64,000 nt of DNA, taken from Phycisphaerae bacterium. Lineage in GTDB: Bacteria > Planctomycetota > Phycisphaerae > UBA1845 > Fen-1342. Made by a program: the position numbers and the translations under genes. The stretch is from assembly GCA_963675745.2 (NCBI GenBank), contig CAXXWX010000019.1, positions 288,001 to 352,000 on the forward strand, written 5' to 3'. The notes beneath the pieces were generated by a model. It had not been told where the DNA came from, ran no database searches, and saw nothing but the letters and a program-made list of their open reading frames with translations. Every line of letters starts with the position of its first letter. Positions within the stretch are counted from its first letter, which is position 1. Below are positions 19,549 to 29,478 of the stretch, piece after piece.

Positions 19549-20097
19549 TCAGAAGCGGCGGGGTGGGGCCGGGGGGGCGCGGTCAACCGCGCAGGCGCGT
19601 ATGAGAAGCTGAAAACGTGGCGGCAGCACGGCGCAGGTGAGGCGCTCAATAGCCTGCTGCAAGCTCGCTCGCTGTTGCACGCGACTTGAGCGGGACCACG
19701 CGCGGTTCCCGGGTAACAGGCCGGGCCGCACCTCGGCGAGCAGGTGGACACAGCCACCGGCCAGCACGATCGCCTGCCAGGGCTCAATCGCCAGCGCGTC
19801 GCCATCCGTTACCAGCCGATGGGCCACGCCCGCGTGCAGCAGCAGGCTGATCAGGCAGAAGCTGATCAGCGCTCGACGCTCGCTGGGCAAGCGCAGCCAA
19901 CTGACATCGACCAGCTTCAAAATGAAGAACGCCTGCGTCACCATCAACAGCAGCAGACGCACCAGGTCGAGATCGCTCGGCGAGGTGACGCGCAACAGGG
20001 CGAACAACGCCGGCAAGTGACCCACGAACATCGCGGACCAGAAGACGACCCGCGCGGTACCGCTTCGTGTTCGTCGGTGTTTTCGTAGCACGATCAT
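19549..20097 (-). CDS. Membrane protein ending in RAPP (candidate ribosome-arrest leader protein)
   Basis: Three to four hydrophobic segments, basic linker, C-terminus ...AVDRAPPAPPRRF*. Confidence 0.65.
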   Translation of the reverse strand: MIVLRKHRRTRSGTARVVFWSAMFVGHLPALFALLRVTSPSDLDLVRLLLLMVTQAFFILKLVDVSWLRLPSERRALISFCLISLLLHAGVAHRLVTDGDALAIEPWQAIVLAGGCVHLLAEVRPGLLPGNRAWSRSSRVQQRASLQQAIERLTCAVLPPRFQLLIRACAVDRAPPAPPRRF

Positions 20098-20248
20098 CGA
20101 CTCAGATACAGACTATTGGCGCAACGCCGCTGTCGCGCGGTGATTATCCTGCGCCATCGGGGTCTCGAACGCAAGTACTATCTGGCGGGAATGTGAGGGG
20201 GTGCAGGCCGACAAGTCGTATCCGGCTCAGTACCGCGTGGTCTGGCAC

Positions 20249-20287
20249 AAAATAAACCCGTCCCCGGCCGCGGGGGCCGGAGACGGG
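20249..20287 (-). terminator. Rho-independent terminator after clpC
   Basis: Minus strand CCCGTCTCCGGCC-CCCGC-GGCCGGGGACGGG followed by TTTATTTT. Confidence 0.8.
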
Positions 20288-20330
20288 CCGATTTCAGATT
20301 CGCAGCACGCGCGCAACCCGCGCGATGCCA

Positions 20331-22856
20331 TCAGGTCGATTCCGCCGACGCGACCGGCTCCGGTTGCGGCTCTTCCTCCGCCGGCTCGTCCAATCCCTCG
20401 AATAGGAATTTCTTCTCAGCGCCAGCGTCGGAGTCCTTGGCAACCGTGATACGGACCACGTTCTTGCCGGCATACTTGCCGCGCAGGATGTCTTCGGAGA
20501 GCGGGTCTTCGATCAGGCTCGAGATGGCCCGGCGCAGCGGACGCGCGCCGAATTTCTCGTCGGTACCCTTCTCCAGCAGCAGTTCGCGCGCGTCGGCGGT
20601 CAGATCCAGTCGCAGTCCGCGTTCCTTGAGGCGCGCATCAACCTTGCTGATCTCCAGCGTGATGATGTTTGTGAGATCGTCATGGTTCAGCTTGTGGAAC
20701 ACGACCACCTCGTCGAGACGGTTGATGAACTCCGGCCGGAAAGCATGCTCAATCTCGGTCGTCAACATCTCCTTCATCTTGGAGTAGTCGATGTCGTCAT
20801 CGCGCTTCATGAAGCCGAACGGATCCTGGCTCATGATCTTGTCCGCCCCGATGTTGCTGGTCATGATCAGAATGGCGTTCTTGAAGTCCACATGGCGCCC
20901 GAACGAATCGGTCAGCCGGCCTTCCTCCATGATCTGGAGCAGCATGTTGAACACATCCGGGTGCGCCTTCTCGATCTCGTCGAGCAGCACCACCGCGTAA
21001 GGACGGCGCCGCACGCGTTCCGTAAGCTGTCCGCCTTCCTCGTAGCCGACGTATCCGGGGGGGGCGCCGATCAGGCGGCTGACATTGTGCTTCTCCATGT
21101 ACTCGGACATGTCCATGGTGATCAGCGCCTCTTCATCGCCGAAGAGGAACTCCGCCAGAGACTTGGCCAGTAGAGTCTTGCCCACACCGCTGGGGCCCAG
21201 GAAGACAAACGAGCCCATCGGGCGATTCGGGTCCTTGAGCCCGCTGCGGCTGCGGCGGACCGAACGCGCGATGGCGCTGATCGCCTCGTTCTGGCTGATG
21301 ACGCGCTTGTGCAGCTCTTCCTCGAGTTGCAGCAGACGCGCGGCCTCTTCCTTCTCGAGACGCGTCAACGGAATTCCGGTCATGCTGCTGACAACTTCGG
21401 CGACGATGTTCTCGTCAACCACCCCGTCAACTTCCTTTGAGCGGTCCTTCCACTTGCGCTCCATCTGCTCTTTCTTCTGGCGCAGCGTCTCGCACTTGTC
21501 GCGCAATTCGGCGGCACGCTCGTAATCCGCATTCTTTACCGCCTCGTCCTTCTCGCCCGCCAGGCGCTGGGCCTCGCGCTCCAGATCCGCCAGGTCCGGC
21601 GGCAGTGTCATGCTCTTGATCCGGATGCGGGCACCGGCCTCGTCAATAATGTCGATGGCCTTGTCCGGAAGCACACGCCCCGTGATGTACCGGTGCGACA
21701 AATGCACGGCGTTTTCGAGAGCCGCTTCGGTGATCTGTACCCGGTGGTGGGCCTCGTAGCGATCGCGCAAGCCGCGCAGAATCTCCAGCGTGTGTTCGGT
21801 CGTCGGCTCATCCACGTGAATCGACTGGAAGCGGCGTGCCAGCGCCGCGTCCTTCTCGATGTACTTGCGGTATTCGTCAAACGTCGTGGCGCCGATGCAT
21901 TGAATCTCGCCGCGTGACAGGGCGGGTTTCAGCACGTTGGAAGCGTCGATGGCGCCCTCGGCTCCGCCGGCCCCGACCAGCGTATGCAGCTCGTCGATAA
22001 ACAGGATCACGTTGCGCGCTCGGCGGACTTCGTTCATAACCGCCTTGATACGCTCCTCAAACTGGCCGCGGTATTTCGTGCCCGCAACCATCATCGCCAG
22101 ATCAAGAATGACGATGCGCCGTTCGTGGAGGATCTCGGGCACCTGATGGTTGATGATCTTCTGGGCCAATCCTTCAACGATCGCGGTTTTGCCGACACCC
22201 GCCTCTCCGAGCAGGACCGGGTTGTTCTTCAGACGCCGACAGAGAATCGTGATGACGCGTTCGATCTCGTTGATGCGTCCGATGACGGGGTCGAGCTTTC
22301 CGCCGCGCGCCAGTTCGGTCAGATCGCGGCCGAAGGAATCGAGGGCGGGGGTTTTGCTCTTGCCTTCCTTCTTACCCTCGGGGGGGCCGCTCATGGTGGC
22401 GGCTTCCTCGGATTCGACGCCGGCGCCGAGCAGATTGAGCACCTCTTCACGGACATCCTCAAGTTTCAGCCCGAGGTTCATCAGGACCTGGGCGGCGACG
22501 CCATCCTGTTCACGCAGCAACCCGAGCAGCACGTGCTCGGTGCCCACGTAGTTGTGGTTCAGATTTCGGGCCTCTTCGATCGCATATTCTATAACCCGTT
22601 TGGCACGCGGGGTTTGCGGCAGTTTCCCCATAGTCACCATTTCGGGACCGCTCTTGACGAGCTTCTCGACTTCGAGGCGGATTTTCCGCAAATCGACGCC
22701 GAGGTTTTTGAGGACGTTCGCCCCGACCCCTGAACCCTCCTTTACCAGCCCCAGGAGGATGTGTTCGGTGCCGATGTACTCGTGGTTGAACCGCTGGGCC
22801 TCCTGGTTGGCCAAGGCCATCACCTTGCGGGCGCGATCCGTAAAGCGTTCGAACAT
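20331..22856 (-). CDS. clpC: ATP-dependent Clp protease ATP-binding subunit ClpC
   Basis: [12 protein letters not shown], two Clp-N repeats, GEAGVGKT and GPSGVGKT Walker A, UVR-like M domain ([10 protein letters not shown]), GAPPGYVGY. Confidence 0.97.
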   Translation of the reverse strand: MFERFTDRARKVMALANQEAQRFNHEYIGTEHILLGLVKEGSGVGANVLKNLGVDLRKIRLEVEKLVKSGPEMVTMGKLPQTPRAKRVIEYAIEEARNLNHNYVGTEHVLLGLLREQDGVAAQVLMNLGLKLEDVREEVLNLLGAGVESEEAATMSGPPEGKKEGKSKTPALDSFGRDLTELARGGKLDPVIGRINEIERVITILCRRLKNNPVLLGEAGVGKTAIVEGLAQKIINHQVPEILHERRIVILDLAMMVAGTKYRGQFEERIKAVMNEVRRARNVILFIDELHTLVGAGGAEGAIDASNVLKPALSRGEIQCIGATTFDEYRKYIEKDAALARRFQSIHVDEPTTEHTLEILRGLRDRYEAHHRVQITEAALENAVHLSHRYITGRVLPDKAIDIIDEAGARIRIKSMTLPPDLADLEREAQRLAGEKDEAVKNADYERAAELRDKCETLRQKKEQMERKWKDRSKEVDGVVDENIVAEVVSSMTGIPLTRLEKEEAARLLQLEEELHKRVISQNEAISAIARSVRRSRSGLKDPNRPMGSFVFLGPSGVGKTLLAKSLAEFLFGDEEALITMDMSEYMEKHNVSRLIGAPPGYVGYEEGGQLTERVRRRPYAVVLLDEIEKAHPDVFNMLLQIMEEGRLTDSFGRHVDFKNAILIMTSNIGADKIMSQDPFGFMKRDDDIDYSKMKEMLTTEIEHAFRPEFINRLDEVVVFHKLNHDDLTNIITLEISKVDARLKERGLRLDLTADARELLLEKGTDEKFGARPLRRAISSLIEDPLSEDILRGKYAGKNVVRITVAKDSDAGAEKKFLFEGLDEPAEEEPQPEPVASAEST

Positions 22857-23131
22857 AACAACTTATCTCCTTGAGCGGTTGCGTGCTACGTCGGCGCGGC
22901 ACCGAGTGAGTCACGCCGGAGTGTCCGCAACCTGAAGATTGTAGTCGGCGCTGATCATGCCAGCAAGCGCCCGCCTTTGCGTTACCGTTTCTATCGGTCG
23001 TGAGGGCTGCCGGATAAAGGCGGGTGACCGCGGGCGAATTGTGGCGATGACGCGATGAGGCAACGAGGCACAGAGGATGGTGTGCCGGGTTCTGACGGGG
23101 CTTGCGGCCGGTGCGTTGCTCCGGCCGGCGG

Positions 23132-23653
23132 TCAGCGCAACCGCTCGTCACAGATCTCGCGATACAGGCGATGGCGGTCCAATCTGCGCACGCGCTCCCA
23201 TGCCCGGCGCGCGGCTGACGCATCACCAGTTTTGGTAAGTACCTGGGCGAATCGATAGGCCACTAACAAGTCACGCTCGGCCATATCCGCGATCGGTTCC
23301 ATCGCCGCCAGCGCCTCATCCGCCTGGTTATTCGCGAGACACGCACTTACGGCGCGCAGCGTCGCGTCGCGCACTTCGGCCACGGCCTGTTGGCGCGCTT
23401 CGCGCAGACATGATCCCATCCGCAACTGCGCTCCGAGGTAGCTCCCGCCACACAATCCGATTGCCAACCCTTGCAGCCATCCCGGCGCGTCATCGGGAAA
23501 CAGGAGTGTCGCGATGATCGCGTAGTTTGCGGTTACGGCAAACAGCATGCCGACAGCCAGTCCGGTCCACAGGCGTCCGACCAGAATCATCCCGCCGCCC
23601 GGAACGACCAGGTTAAACAGCTTGATGCCGACGTCACGTGCGCTAGGTGCCAT
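23132..23653 (-). CDS. Membrane protein with C-terminal TPR-like helices
   Basis: NLVVPGGG motif with 2-3 TM helices then TPR-like helices; start overlaps the upstream stop. Confidence 0.65.
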   Translation of the reverse strand: MAPSARDVGIKLFNLVVPGGGMILVGRLWTGLAVGMLFAVTANYAIIATLLFPDDAPGWLQGLAIGLCGGSYLGAQLRMGSCLREARQQAVAEVRDATLRAVSACLANNQADEALAAMEPIADMAERDLLVAYRFAQVLTKTGDASAARRAWERVRRLDRHRLYREICDERLR

Positions 23654-24774
23654 TAGTGCCGCTCACCGGTAATAGCGGCCGACTCGACCGCGCTGCGGTA
23701 CAGCTCTTCCAACATGGGCAGCCGCCCCGAGATCGCGTGATGCTGTGCGACGTACGCTGAGGCCGTCTCGAGCACGCCGACGACTTCGCGGCGTCGTTCG
23801 AGCAATCTGGTCAGGTGATAGGCCAGCTCCTGGGCGCTGCCGGGCGTGAACTGCACCGATGTCTGACCTTCGATGTGCCACTCCGCGGTCTGGTCGCGCG
23901 ATGTGACGACGAACACGCCCGAAGCCATCGCAACCAGCGGGCCGACGGCGACAGCGCGTTGCCAGGCCGGCACGACGAGAATATCCGCGGCTTCGACGGC
24001 CAGCTCTCCAAAGCGGGATCCCTCGACGAGCGAGAAACACCCCTCGACACCGTGTTCGCGGATAATCGCCCAGGTGCGCTGCTCTCCCGTGCCACGACCC
24101 ACCAGGGCCACGTGCAAATCGTGGTTTTGCCGGTACAACACACTGATGGCCTCGATGAGCACCGGCAGACCGGTGTGTCGATCCAGCCGCCCGGTCCAGA
24201 CAATAGCGCGCGTGCGACCTTCGGTGGGTGGGCGCGGCTTATCCGGCAGATCAATCGCCGGAAGCAACACATCGACGGCACCCGACATGGCCGGGGCGCG
24301 GCGTGCGATCGCGGACTGCTGCGGCAGGCAACTGGCGAGAATGCGCTCGTTGGGATGCTGCCCGTGTCTGATCACGTTATCCACATCATCACGCGACGTG
24401 ACATAGATGATGAGCGGCAGTCGCGCGAGTCGCGTCCATTTGCTGATGACGCCGAGTCCAGCCGTACCCCACAGGTGAACGACGTCCGGTGGCGGGATAA
24501 AGCGGCCGCTGAGCTGTCTTTCGAGCCGCCAGGCGCGCCAACCGTTCAGGGCGGCGACTCCCTCGACCGGCGCGGCGCCGTCGACCACATCAGCGGCCGA
24601 CCCCTGGTCATCGGACATCACGATCGAGACGACGTCGCGTCCGGGCAGGCCGCGCACCACCGCTCGCAACATGGGGCCAAAGCGCGCCAGGCAGTCGGCG
24701 CCGATGACGTGCAGCACGCGGAGCGTTGCCTCCGCGTTGGGTTCGTTGGATGGTTCGACGACGTTCAGCGCCAT
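23653..24774 (-). CDS. Glycosyltransferase family 4-like protein (degenerate catalytic motif)
   Basis: LRVLHV, PDVVHLWG, WTGRLD..TG, ADILVVP...LVAMASG; start inferred at ATG 24774. Confidence 0.75.
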   Translation of the reverse strand: MALNVVEPSNEPNAEATLRVLHVIGADCLARFGPMLRAVVRGLPGRDVVSIVMSDDQGSAADVVDGAAPVEGVAALNGWRAWRLERQLSGRFIPPPDVVHLWGTAGLGVISKWTRLARLPLIIYVTSRDDVDNVIRHGQHPNERILASCLPQQSAIARRAPAMSGAVDVLLPAIDLPDKPRPPTEGRTRAIVWTGRLDRHTGLPVLIEAISVLYRQNHDLHVALVGRGTGEQRTWAIIREHGVEGCFSLVEGSRFGELAVEAADILVVPAWQRAVAVGPLVAMASGVFVVTSRDQTAEWHIEGQTSVQFTPGSAQELAYHLTRLLERRREVVGVLETASAYVAQHHAISGRLPMLEELYRSAVESAAITGERH

Positions 24775-24854
24775 GACAAGCGGAAGATAGCATGGGGGGC
24801 TGTGAGAAGTAAGCAGTCGCGAGTAAGAAGTAAGCTGGGTGCGCTTGAGACCGG

Positions 24855-25019
24855 CTATGAGTCGCGCTGCTTTGGCCGATCGGTCATGACGCGATAGAAA
24901 CAGAACCCGCTCAGCGCGAGCACGAGTGCGATGGCCGTGACCATTACGATCCAGCCGGCGGTGGTGAGTTTGCCCGTTACCGTTTCGGCCGCTTCCTGGG
25001 CCAGCAACTGCACGCTCAT
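24855..25019 (-). CDS. Small single-TM protein (54 aa), MetS-like NSS transporter accessory subunit; absent from ORF track
   Basis: Translated by hand: MSVQLLAQEAAETVTGKLTTAGWIVMVTAIALVLALSGFCFYRVMTDRPKQRDS*; GGAGG RBS; ATGA overlap with the NSS stop. Confidence 0.8.
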   Translation of the reverse strand: MSVQLLAQEAAETVTGKLTTAGWIVMVTAIALVLALSGFCFYRVMTDRPKQRDS

Positions 25020-26857
25020 GACGGACCTCCCGCGGCACCGATGACGACATCGTGGCGTTTGACATCCGCATCGATGCGCGAGCGGATCGCGATATCGCTC
25101 AGCGCGAAGATGCCGATGAATACCAGCACGAACCCCACAAACACCATCCGGGCCACCATTGCCAGCCGCTCGGCGTTGGCACGGTTGGCGGCGGCGTCCT
25201 CGGCCAATGCAGCCAGCGCGATCTTCAGCACCAACGACGCTTCGTATTCGTCCGCGAGTACCAGGCGGGCGCGCGCCAGCACGTTTTCCTCGGTCTGTTC
25301 CGGATCGTCCTCGACTTCCAGCTCAGGATACGCCTGACGCAGCGGCGCCTCATACGTCAGCAGCTCCGCCCGCTCGCCGGCCATATCCGGACTCATGCCG
25401 ACCACACGCTCCCAGCCGTTTTCCCATACCCACAAGCCAAGAATGACCGCCAGGAACGTCGGCGTGATGAAGCGCAGCATGAACGGCATGAATGCGGGGA
25501 GCTTGAACGATGCGCCGCGGTTGGCTTCTTCAACGCCACGCTTGGCCCCGATGACGAAGCTGAAGATGATGACTTGCCCCAGGGCGGCGAGGATCATCGC
25601 GAAGTTGCACCAGAAATCGGTGAAGTCGAGGGCCTGGGCGTTTTCACTGTAGTACATGATCAGCGCCGCGCCGGCTAGCGTGATCAGCCCGAGCAGGCCC
25701 ACGCTTGCCGTTCGCCGCATGCCAAAGCCGTCTTCGAGAAATGCGATCGCCGGTTGCAGCATGCTGATCGAACTCGTAACTGCGGCGAGGAACAACAAGC
25801 CGAACCACATGGCGCCGAAGAACGAGCCGAGCGGCATGTTGTGCATGATCGATGGAACGGTGAAGAAGCCGATCGCGAAAGTTGACTCGCCCACCGATCC
25901 CGGACCCAGGAACAAGAACGCGGCCGGCACGATAATCATGCCGCCGAGAATCACTTCGCAGAACTCGTTCGTGCTCGAGGCGCTGAGCGAGGTGAGCACG
26001 ACGTCGTCGTCGCGTCGCAGGTAGCTGGAATAACACAGGATCAGGCCGAAGCCGACGCTCAGGCTGAAGAAGATCTGCCCCGCCGCCGCCAGCCAGGTGT
26101 CGGTCTTTTTCAGCGCGGACCAGTCGGGGTTCCACATCGCGCCGAGGCCGCCCTCGATCGTCCGTCCTTCGACGACGTTGTCGAGCGTCAGCACGCGGAT
26201 GAGCACGATGATCGCGCAGAGAATCAACAGTGGCATGGCCATCAGGCAGAACTTCTCAATGCCCTTGGTCACGCCGCGATAAATGATAAAGAAGTTGACC
26301 ACGAAGCAGAACAAAACGAGCCAGAGCATGGCGCCGCCGTACATCGCCCCGTTCTGGCCCATGGCGAACGCATTGACGCCGAACGCCTGCGAAGCCTCGA
26401 CCACGTCTGTGCCGGCCTTCTCCGCACTGCTGAAGATCTGGGCGAAGCCGCCGCTGGCGAATTGCAGGAAGTAGCGCAGGCACAGTGCTTCGAGCAGGAC
26501 GTAGTACATATACACGCCGACGGGCACCAGCAGCGCCAGCGTGCCGACCATTCGGCCGAGTACGTTGTCTGACAAGGCGTGGAAGATGCCCGGGGCGTTG
26601 TTCTGGCCGTGGCGTCCGCCCAGCCGACCGATCGTCCACTCACACCACGCGATCGGTATGCCGACAACCAGAAAGCTGATGATGTACGGAATCATGAATG
26701 CGCCGCCGCCGTTGTTTACGGCGACGCCGGGGAAACGCAGGAAGTTACCCAGCCCGACGGCCGAGCCGGCGACCGCCAGCACGACGCCGATGCGCGACCC
26801 CCATTGCTCGCGACCGACCGCTTCGCCCTGCGTGTTAGTGTTCGGCGCCGTGCTCAT
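25016..26857 (-). CDS. Sodium-dependent transporter, neurotransmitter:sodium symporter (NSS/LeuT) family
   Basis: REQWGSRIG..LA.AGSAVGLGNFLRFP, NGGGAFMIPY, QIFFSLSVGFG, AAVTSSISM. Confidence 0.95.
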   Translation of the reverse strand: MSTAPNTNTQGEAVGREQWGSRIGVVLAVAGSAVGLGNFLRFPGVAVNNGGGAFMIPYIISFLVVGIPIAWCEWTIGRLGGRHGQNNAPGIFHALSDNVLGRMVGTLALLVPVGVYMYYVLLEALCLRYFLQFASGGFAQIFSSAEKAGTDVVEASQAFGVNAFAMGQNGAMYGGAMLWLVLFCFVVNFFIIYRGVTKGIEKFCLMAMPLLILCAIIVLIRVLTLDNVVEGRTIEGGLGAMWNPDWSALKKTDTWLAAAGQIFFSLSVGFGLILCYSSYLRRDDDVVLTSLSASSTNEFCEVILGGMIIVPAAFLFLGPGSVGESTFAIGFFTVPSIMHNMPLGSFFGAMWFGLLFLAAVTSSISMLQPAIAFLEDGFGMRRTASVGLLGLITLAGAALIMYYSENAQALDFTDFWCNFAMILAALGQVIIFSFVIGAKRGVEEANRGASFKLPAFMPFMLRFITPTFLAVILGLWVWENGWERVVGMSPDMAGERAELLTYEAPLRQAYPELEVEDDPEQTEENVLARARLVLADEYEASLVLKIALAALAEDAAANRANAERLAMVARMVFVGFVLVFIGIFALSDIAIRSRIDADVKRHDVVIGAAGGPS

Positions 26858-26954
26858 GGCGGACTCAATCTCCTCAGCCTGTGCGCCGCACGTCGCAGCG
26901 CATCGCAATACCGCTGTTTGCCAACGTGCGGCAGACCACCGCGTTGCCGCACAT

Positions 26955-28709
26955 TTACGACGGGCGTCCCGCCCGCTTGAACTCGCCGGCGTCCAACCGC
27001 CGGAAATAACGCCGCGCAGCGCGGAGTACGACCGGCAGCAGGATGATCGTGCCGATCAGGTTTGGCACCAGCATCATCGCGTTCAGCCCGTCGGCCAGGT
27101 TGACAAGTGCTTTCAGCTCGAGCAGCACGCCGAGGAAGATCACCACGACGTAGGCGAGCTTGAATGGGATGACAGCGCTGTCGCCGAAGAGGTACGACGC
27201 GCACGTCTCGCCGTAGAAACCCCAACTGATCATGGTTGAGAAGGCGAAGAACAAGGCCGCGATCGGAATGAAATAAGTTCCGAAGCCGGGGATGCAGCGG
27301 TCGAAGGCGAGGGTGGTCAGGCCGATGCCGGCGCGGAAGAGGTAGATGTCGGTGCCGGGAGTGAGGAGCGCCTGGTCGGCGGCCAGTTGCGCGCGGCCGT
27401 CGTCGTCATCGGCGTACACGAGCTCCGCCGTCACGCGGCCGGGATTTTCGCTATCGAGCGCGGCGATGTTGATCTTGATTTCCTCGAACATGCCGGCGTG
27501 CTGCGTCGGGCGCTTCGCCAGCAGCGTCTCGCCGATCACGCCAACCGAGCGGTCGGTCAGATCGATCTGCACGTTGACAACCTGCTGGCCGGACTCAGCG
27601 TCTAACGCCGGCGCACCGATCTCCGCGATCGTGCCTACGGGGCCGCGCGCCAACGCGCCGGTAATCAGGATGACCAGGCCGGTCATTGTGCAGACAACGA
27701 TCGTGTCAACAAACGGGCCGATGCCCGCGACGACGCCCTCACGGATCGGCTCGTTGGTCTTGGCCGTTGCATGGGCGATCGGCGCCGAACCGAGGCCGGC
27801 CTCGTTGGAAAAACAAGCCCGCCGAAAGCCCTGGCTCACGGCGACCCACACCATCACGCCGAGGAACGCTCCCTCGCCGGCGGCATCTGAAAACGCGTGG
27901 CGGAAGATCGAGGCGAAGAGCTCGGGTACGAGGCTGATGTTGACGAGAATGACGATGAGCGCTCCGGTGACGTAGATAATGCACATCGACGGCACGAGCC
28001 GCGACGCTACCTGGCCGATGCGCCGGATGCCGCCCAGCATGACCAGGGCGGCCAGCGACGCCAGGATCAGCCCGACCGCAATCCGGATCGCCCACTGCAC
28101 TTCGATAGTCAGTCCGCCGGCCAGGTGTTTGCCGAGATTCACGTAAACCTGGGCCACTTGCTGGGCCTGAAACGTGTTGCCCATGCCGAAGCTGGCAATA
28201 ACCGTGAACACGGCGAAGGCGACGGCGAGAACCTTGGCGAACGCGCGGATCGCCGGCCCGCGCCCGCCGCCGATGCCCAGCTCGATGTAGTACATCGGCC
28301 CGCCACGATACTCGCCGAAGCGGTCCTTGCGGCGATACATCGTCGATAGCGAGCAGGTGGTGAATTTAGTGGCCATGCCGAGCAGGCCTACGATCCACAT
28401 CCAGAACAGCGCGCCGGGTCCGCCGAGCGTGACGGCAATGGCGACGCCGGAGATGTTGCCCAGGCCGATCGTGGCCGAAAGGGCGGCGCAGAGGGCCTTG
28501 AAGTGCGAAATATTGCCTTCATCTTCCGGGTTGTCGTACTTGCCGCGGATGACCGCGAGGCCGTGCGTGATGATACGCCACTGGATGCCGAAGGTCGTGA
28601 CAGTGAACAACAGCCCGGCGCCGGCCAGCAGCAGGGCGACGGGGGTGCTCCACATGTAGCCGGAGAATGCTTCCAGCGCTGCGATCCATTCGGCGTCGGC
28701 AAGCAGCAT
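26955..28709 (-). CDS. Alanine/glycine:cation symporter (AGCS family)
   Basis: ALSATIGLGNISGVA, GGPGALFWMW, GGPMYYI, FSNEAGLGSAPIAHA, FAFSTMISWGFYGE. Confidence 0.95.
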   Translation of the reverse strand: MLLADAEWIAALEAFSGYMWSTPVALLLAGAGLLFTVTTFGIQWRIITHGLAVIRGKYDNPEDEGNISHFKALCAALSATIGLGNISGVAIAVTLGGPGALFWMWIVGLLGMATKFTTCSLSTMYRRKDRFGEYRGGPMYYIELGIGGGRGPAIRAFAKVLAVAFAVFTVIASFGMGNTFQAQQVAQVYVNLGKHLAGGLTIEVQWAIRIAVGLILASLAALVMLGGIRRIGQVASRLVPSMCIIYVTGALIVILVNISLVPELFASIFRHAFSDAAGEGAFLGVMVWVAVSQGFRRACFSNEAGLGSAPIAHATAKTNEPIREGVVAGIGPFVDTIVVCTMTGLVILITGALARGPVGTIAEIGAPALDAESGQQVVNVQIDLTDRSVGVIGETLLAKRPTQHAGMFEEIKINIAALDSENPGRVTAELVYADDDDGRAQLAADQALLTPGTDIYLFRAGIGLTTLAFDRCIPGFGTYFIPIAALFFAFSTMISWGFYGETCASYLFGDSAVIPFKLAYVVVIFLGVLLELKALVNLADGLNAMMLVPNLIGTIILLPVVLRAARRYFRRLDAGEFKRAGRPS

Positions 28710-28897
28710 AGTGATCAACCTGAAGAGGAGACGATTGCAGCGACCCGCACAACCAGAATGGGGCGTAGCCTATCTGGCGCCAGGCGCGTTTGCAAGCAAT
28801 CTCTGTACCCACCGCCTGGGCGCCGGCAGCGGTGCGCGCGGTGGACCGTGTCTTCAGGCTGTCGGGGGGCGGTGTATAGTCGGCCAGGCGGCGGGCG

Positions 28898-29305
28898 CTA
28901 CTTGGCGGTGGCGTCGATATCGTCGTCCGCGAAGATCAACTCAAACCCGATCTTGTAACCGCCGGCCGTCAGGGTTTCGTGGCAGACTCTGGCGGCCACC
29001 GTGCAGACTTGTTCATCAAAGCGCAGACGGATAATGGCCAGTGTGTTCTCGGGGATTGGCGTGCGCGTCTTCGCCATGATGCCGGCGCGAGAAATGTTCA
29101 GCACGGACGCGCTGCAGTGCATCGGCTGATTGTCAGGTCCGTGGCAAGCGATTTCCGCCATCCCGGACGCCAACCGATAACGTTCCTCCTCACGGCGGGC
29201 AATGCGCTCATCAACGCCACGCGCCGGTGCAATGAGCACCTGCCGGCGCCACTCGGAACGGGTCAGGATCGGCAATTGCGCGGATGTCTGTGTCGGTTCT
29301 GTCAT
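28898..29305 (-). CDS. PilZ-domain protein
   Basis: RxxxR (REEER) and NxSxxG (NISRAG) c-di-GMP motifs, C-terminal IGFE. Confidence 0.75.
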   Translation of the reverse strand: MTEPTQTSAQLPILTRSEWRRQVLIAPARGVDERIARREEERYRLASGMAEIACHGPDNQPMHCSASVLNISRAGIMAKTRTPIPENTLAIIRLRFDEQVCTVAARVCHETLTAGGYKIGFELIFADDDIDATAK

Positions 29306-29478
29306 GTGGCATGAAATCGACAGAATCACCGCCGGCCTGAAGTGACGCCATTTCACGATTGCGCCACGGGCGTGAGAGGCGCTTAACTCACGTGCGCTTC
29401 AAAGAACGCCGATTATCCAGTCTGGTGGGTGTTGTCTGACTCCGGATGCGGCTCGCACCCGGACTGTGAGGGTGGATT

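Noticed and set aside
24775..25071. N-terminal 100-aa extension of the GT4 ORF in the ORF track
   Set aside because: It overlaps a better-supported small TM gene (24855-25019) in another frame and reads as non-protein-like.
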